A stretch of 64,000 nt of DNA from Microbacteriaceae bacterium (GTDB taxonomy: Bacteria; Actinomycetota; Actinomycetes; Actinomycetales; Microbacteriaceae): NCBI GenBank assembly GCA_947378555.1, contig CANCKM010000001.1, positions 55,372 to 119,371 of the forward strand, written 5' to 3'. A program made the translations under genes and the position numbers. Position 1 is the first letter of the stretch, and every line of letters starts with the position of its first letter. Positions 61,205 through 64,000 of this stretch are shown piece after piece. The notes under the pieces were generated by a model. It was not told the origin of the DNA. It ran no database searches and saw only the letters and a list, made by a program, of their open reading frames with translations.

Positions 61205-63922
61205 TTAGGTTCTTGGAGCAAGCCCACTGTAAAGAACAACGGTGCTGTGGGCAGGAACCGAAACCTTATTTGATTTCTTGAGCACACTGAGGGTTGCGGT
61301 TCCAGCCTTTGAGCCAGAGACCACCAAACTCCAGTTCGCTTTGACAGGCAGGGTTTGTGACACGGTCTTAGAACCCGGGTTTGTGACCACGACAATCTTC
61401 GACCAGGTGTCGCCTGAGGCAGCCCCGTTCAACTGGTAGGCAAGCAAGCCGCTCGAAGAACCCATGAATCGAAGGTTGTTCTTGATAGCAGCGCTCGTGC
61501 TCAACCGGAAGGCCGGGTGGGTCTTGCGAAGCTGGATAAGACCTCGGTAGTAAGCAACGGTTGTTGCATTCAAGGCGCGTTGCTTCCACTTCAGGGAGTT
61601 CACGTTATCGCCCGAACTGTATGAGTTGCTGTCGCCGTTTTTGCTGCGCAAGAACTCTTGCCCAGCCTGCATGAATGGCATTCCCTGAGAAAGGACAACT
61701 AGTGCGCCTGCTTGCCTGGCCAAAAGGGCAATTGGCTCCCCCTTCTTGCCGGTGCTGGCTTCGAGCTTGTCTCGCAGGGTCAAGTTGTCATGAGCTTCGA
61801 CGTAGTTGACGGACTGACCTGGGTCAGCTGTGTTCCATGCAAAACTGGCATCCGAGCTATATCCTGGGTTATCGATTTGACCTAGAACGCCGCCCTTCAC
61901 AGCCGACCTGCGGTCGACCTTCCCGCTGATGTAACCCTGTTCACTCGAGTTGAAAACCGATCCCTTGATTCCGTCACGGATTTGATCGTTGAAGGCTCCA
62001 ATACCCGGCATGGAAGCAATGTTCACCTGGTCACCACGCTGATCTTCAGGAAGGGTTCCCATGTTCCAACCCTCGCCGATGATGATGTTGGTCGGGTCAA
62101 TCTCGGAAACCGCAGCCCGAACCTGATTCATGGTTGTGACGTCGATTAGACCCATGAGGTCAAAACGGAAACCATCGAGGTGGTACTGCGAGGTCCAATA
62201 CTTGGTCGAGTCAACTATGAACTTTCTGGCCATTGGGCGTTCGCTAGCGAAGTCGTTGCCACAACCACTCGCGCTAGTTAGGTTTCCGGATTCGTCTTTT
62301 CTAAAGAAGTACCCGGGAACAATAAGCTCCTGACTAAAGGATGCCGCGTTAGATACGTGGTTATAAACAACATCCATCGTCACTCTCAGACCCTGCGAGT
62401 GAAGAGACTGCACGGCCTGCTTCAGCTCGTTGATACGAGCATTTGGGTTAGTCGCGTCGCTCGAGTAAGCGCCTTCTGGAACGTTGTAGTTGAGTGGATC
62501 GTAACCCCAGTTGAAGTTGGCGTTCCTTTCGTCTCCGCCAGAGGCAAAGTCAAAGAACGGAAGCAACTGGACGTGCGAGACACCTAGGTTCTTGATGGCC
62601 GCAACTCCGGTAGGTGTCGAGTAGGTCTTGTTCACCTTGCGCTTGGTCTTTGGGTCGGTCACCTTGACGGTGAACTTGGTTGAAGTTGCGTTGTCGGTCA
62701 AGCCGAGGAACTTACCGACGTGAGGAGCCGGAATGCCGCTGCTTGAATCCATGCTCAAATCCCGGACGTGAAGTTCGTAGACCACTGCGTCGGTTGGCTT
62801 GCCAGAGAACACGGGCTTAGTTTCAGAAGCCCAACCGGCAGGATCAGTTGACGCAAGGTCAACAACCACACCACGCTCTCCATTCACGGTAGTTGATCGA
62901 ACGTATGGGTCAACCGCTAGGTTGCTTGACCCATTTACTGTCACTCGATACATGTAGATGGTTCCGTTTTGATCCCCCGCTAGCGAAGCGACCCACGTGC
63001 CCTTTACGCTCTGGGTCATTTCGGTGACCGAAGCATCCGCCGAGGGGCTGACGTCGGAAGAAAATACCACTAGCTCTACCTTGCTTGCGGTTGGAGCCCA
63101 CACCCTGAAGTCTGTCTGTTCCGCGGTGTAGGTGTTTCCAAGGTCATCGCCGGTGTAGGTGAAAAGCTCATTGAACCCATCCGAGTTCATTAGGTTTCCG
63201 ACCGAACTTTGAACACTTCCAAAAGCGGGGTTGGTGCCATGGGCGTCCAGGGTCACTATGTAGCTGCCACCAATTGCGAAGTTGGCGTCCACATTAACTT
63301 TGAAGACGCTCGCCTTCGAGCCGCTGAGATTGACTGGCTCAACGCTTACGACGTTAAAGCCGCCAGAAACGCTAAACCCCTCGTTGCCAGAACCGGTCAC
63401 GGTTATCGTCTTGTTCAACGAAACCGTTAGAGACCGGAACTCGTCTAGGACAGCTGACTTAATGGCTGGGTCTACCAAGGGGGCAACGGTGTAAACCTTG
63501 GAGTCCCCCTGCAAAAGCCAAATCTCTCCAACACCCGAGTTGCTAATCGGCAAGAAGCGGTCCGCGCCAATGTCCTTCGAGCCAGACCAGTCTGGCTTTG
63601 AACGAATAATAAAACCGATGTCCTTGAACAGTGCCATTCCAGTTACCGTGGTCGTGGCTATTGCCCCAAATGAGTCCGAACCGGTGAAAGCAAAGCCGGC
63701 TGGGATGACCTCTTTATCGGCGTTGCCGTCAACGTTCTTCCACAGGTAAGCGTTCCAGCCCGCGTAATCACTGGCAGGTCTCTGGTAGTGAATAGTCACC
63801 GTTGCCGAATCTGGAAGCGCGGCGTTTGCGCTCGAAGCTCCCGAAACCCAAGTGAAGGCCAAGGTGAGGCTCGCGGCAAGCAGAAGGCCAATAAGTCGGT
63901 TGGTGCGTGTTACTAGATTCAT
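61205..63922 (-). CDS. pulA: Secreted type I pullulanase (GH13; signal peptide, CBM41, CBM48)
   Basis: Signal peptide ending ASSANA; HYQR..Y.GW..W CBM41; FRVWAPTA; NWGYDP; catalytic FRFDLMG, GEGW and EAHDN; ATG 63922 after AGGGG. Confidence 0.92.
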   Translation of the reverse strand: MNLVTRTNRLIGLLLAASLTLAFTWVSGASSANAALPDSATVTIHYQRPASDYAGWNAYLWKNVDGNADKEVIPAGFAFTGSDSFGAIATTTVTGMALFKDIGFIIRSKPDWSGSKDIGADRFLPISNSGVGEIWLLQGDSKVYTVAPLVDPAIKSAVLDEFRSLTVSLNKTITVTGSGNEGFSVSGGFNVVSVEPVNLSGSKASVFKVNVDANFAIGGSYIVTLDAHGTNPAFGSVQSSVGNLMNSDGFNELFTYTGDDLGNTYTAEQTDFRVWAPTASKVELVVFSSDVSPSADASVTEMTQSVKGTWVASLAGDQNGTIYMYRVTVNGSSNLAVDPYVRSTTVNGERGVVVDLASTDPAGWASETKPVFSGKPTDAVVYELHVRDLSMDSSSGIPAPHVGKFLGLTDNATSTKFTVKVTDPKTKRKVNKTYSTPTGVAAIKNLGVSHVQLLPFFDFASGGDERNANFNWGYDPLNYNVPEGAYSSDATNPNARINELKQAVQSLHSQGLRVTMDVVYNHVSNAASFSQELIVPGYFFRKDESGNLTSASGCGNDFASERPMARKFIVDSTKYWTSQYHLDGFRFDLMGLIDVTTMNQVRAAVSEIDPTNIIIGEGWNMGTLPEDQRGDQVNIASMPGIGAFNDQIRDGIKGSVFNSSEQGYISGKVDRRSAVKGGVLGQIDNPGYSSDASFAWNTADPGQSVNYVEAHDNLTLRDKLEASTGKKGEPIALLARQAGALVVLSQGMPFMQAGQEFLRSKNGDSNSYSSGDNVNSLKWKQRALNATTVAYYRGLIQLRKTHPAFRLSTSAAIKNNLRFMGSSSGLLAYQLNGAASGDTWSKIVVVTNPGSKTVSQTLPVKANWSLVVSGSKAGTATLSVLKKSNKVSVPAHSTVVLYSGLAPRT

Positions 63923-64000
63923 CAAAACCCCTAAGCAAAGTTGGTCTACCTTCAAAGGTAGGCGCAGGGTCTGGTTGATGAGTGTCAATGTCACGATTAC

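Overview
A densely packed, mostly core-genome window from an actinobacterium. By eye the GC content is moderate (about mid-50s %). The gene order, streamlined spacing and protein sequences point to Microbacteriaceae, probably a small-genome freshwater Rhodoluna/Aquiluna-like lineage (inference). Contents in order: nhaA, zapE, sseA-sufE-ribD-like, DUF3000-rnd, dxs, acnA, DUF3159-DUF3710-dut, DUF3093, DUF4193, sepH, a phosphodiesterase, convergent topoisomerase IV A/B genes, a sigA-murT-gatD-like operon, MFS, PAC2, pepA-lpdA-dlaT, lipBA, glnA/glnE/glnA2/nadE, ridA, panB, map, ppgK, RNase P RNA, the Nif3/Zn-ribbon/RNase H operon, a permease-like protein, tRNA-Val(TAC), a peroxiredoxin, aceE-fasR-fabDH-acp-fabF, tdk, an amidohydrolase and a secreted type I pullulanase. 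I saw no mobile element, prophage or CRISPR array. Most notable: (1) the GatD partner of MurT has no cysteine at all and degenerate glutaminase motifs. This suggests a repurposed MurT/pseudo-GatD pair that could ligate an amino acid to the D-Glu alpha-carboxyl to build group-B peptidoglycan bridges. (2) The primary sigma factor begins with an FtsY/MinD-like '[10 protein letters not shown]' candidate membrane-targeting motif and has a hairpin-rich leader. (3) At least 13 genes have a leaderless promoter layout, including a 23-bp bidirectional promoter.
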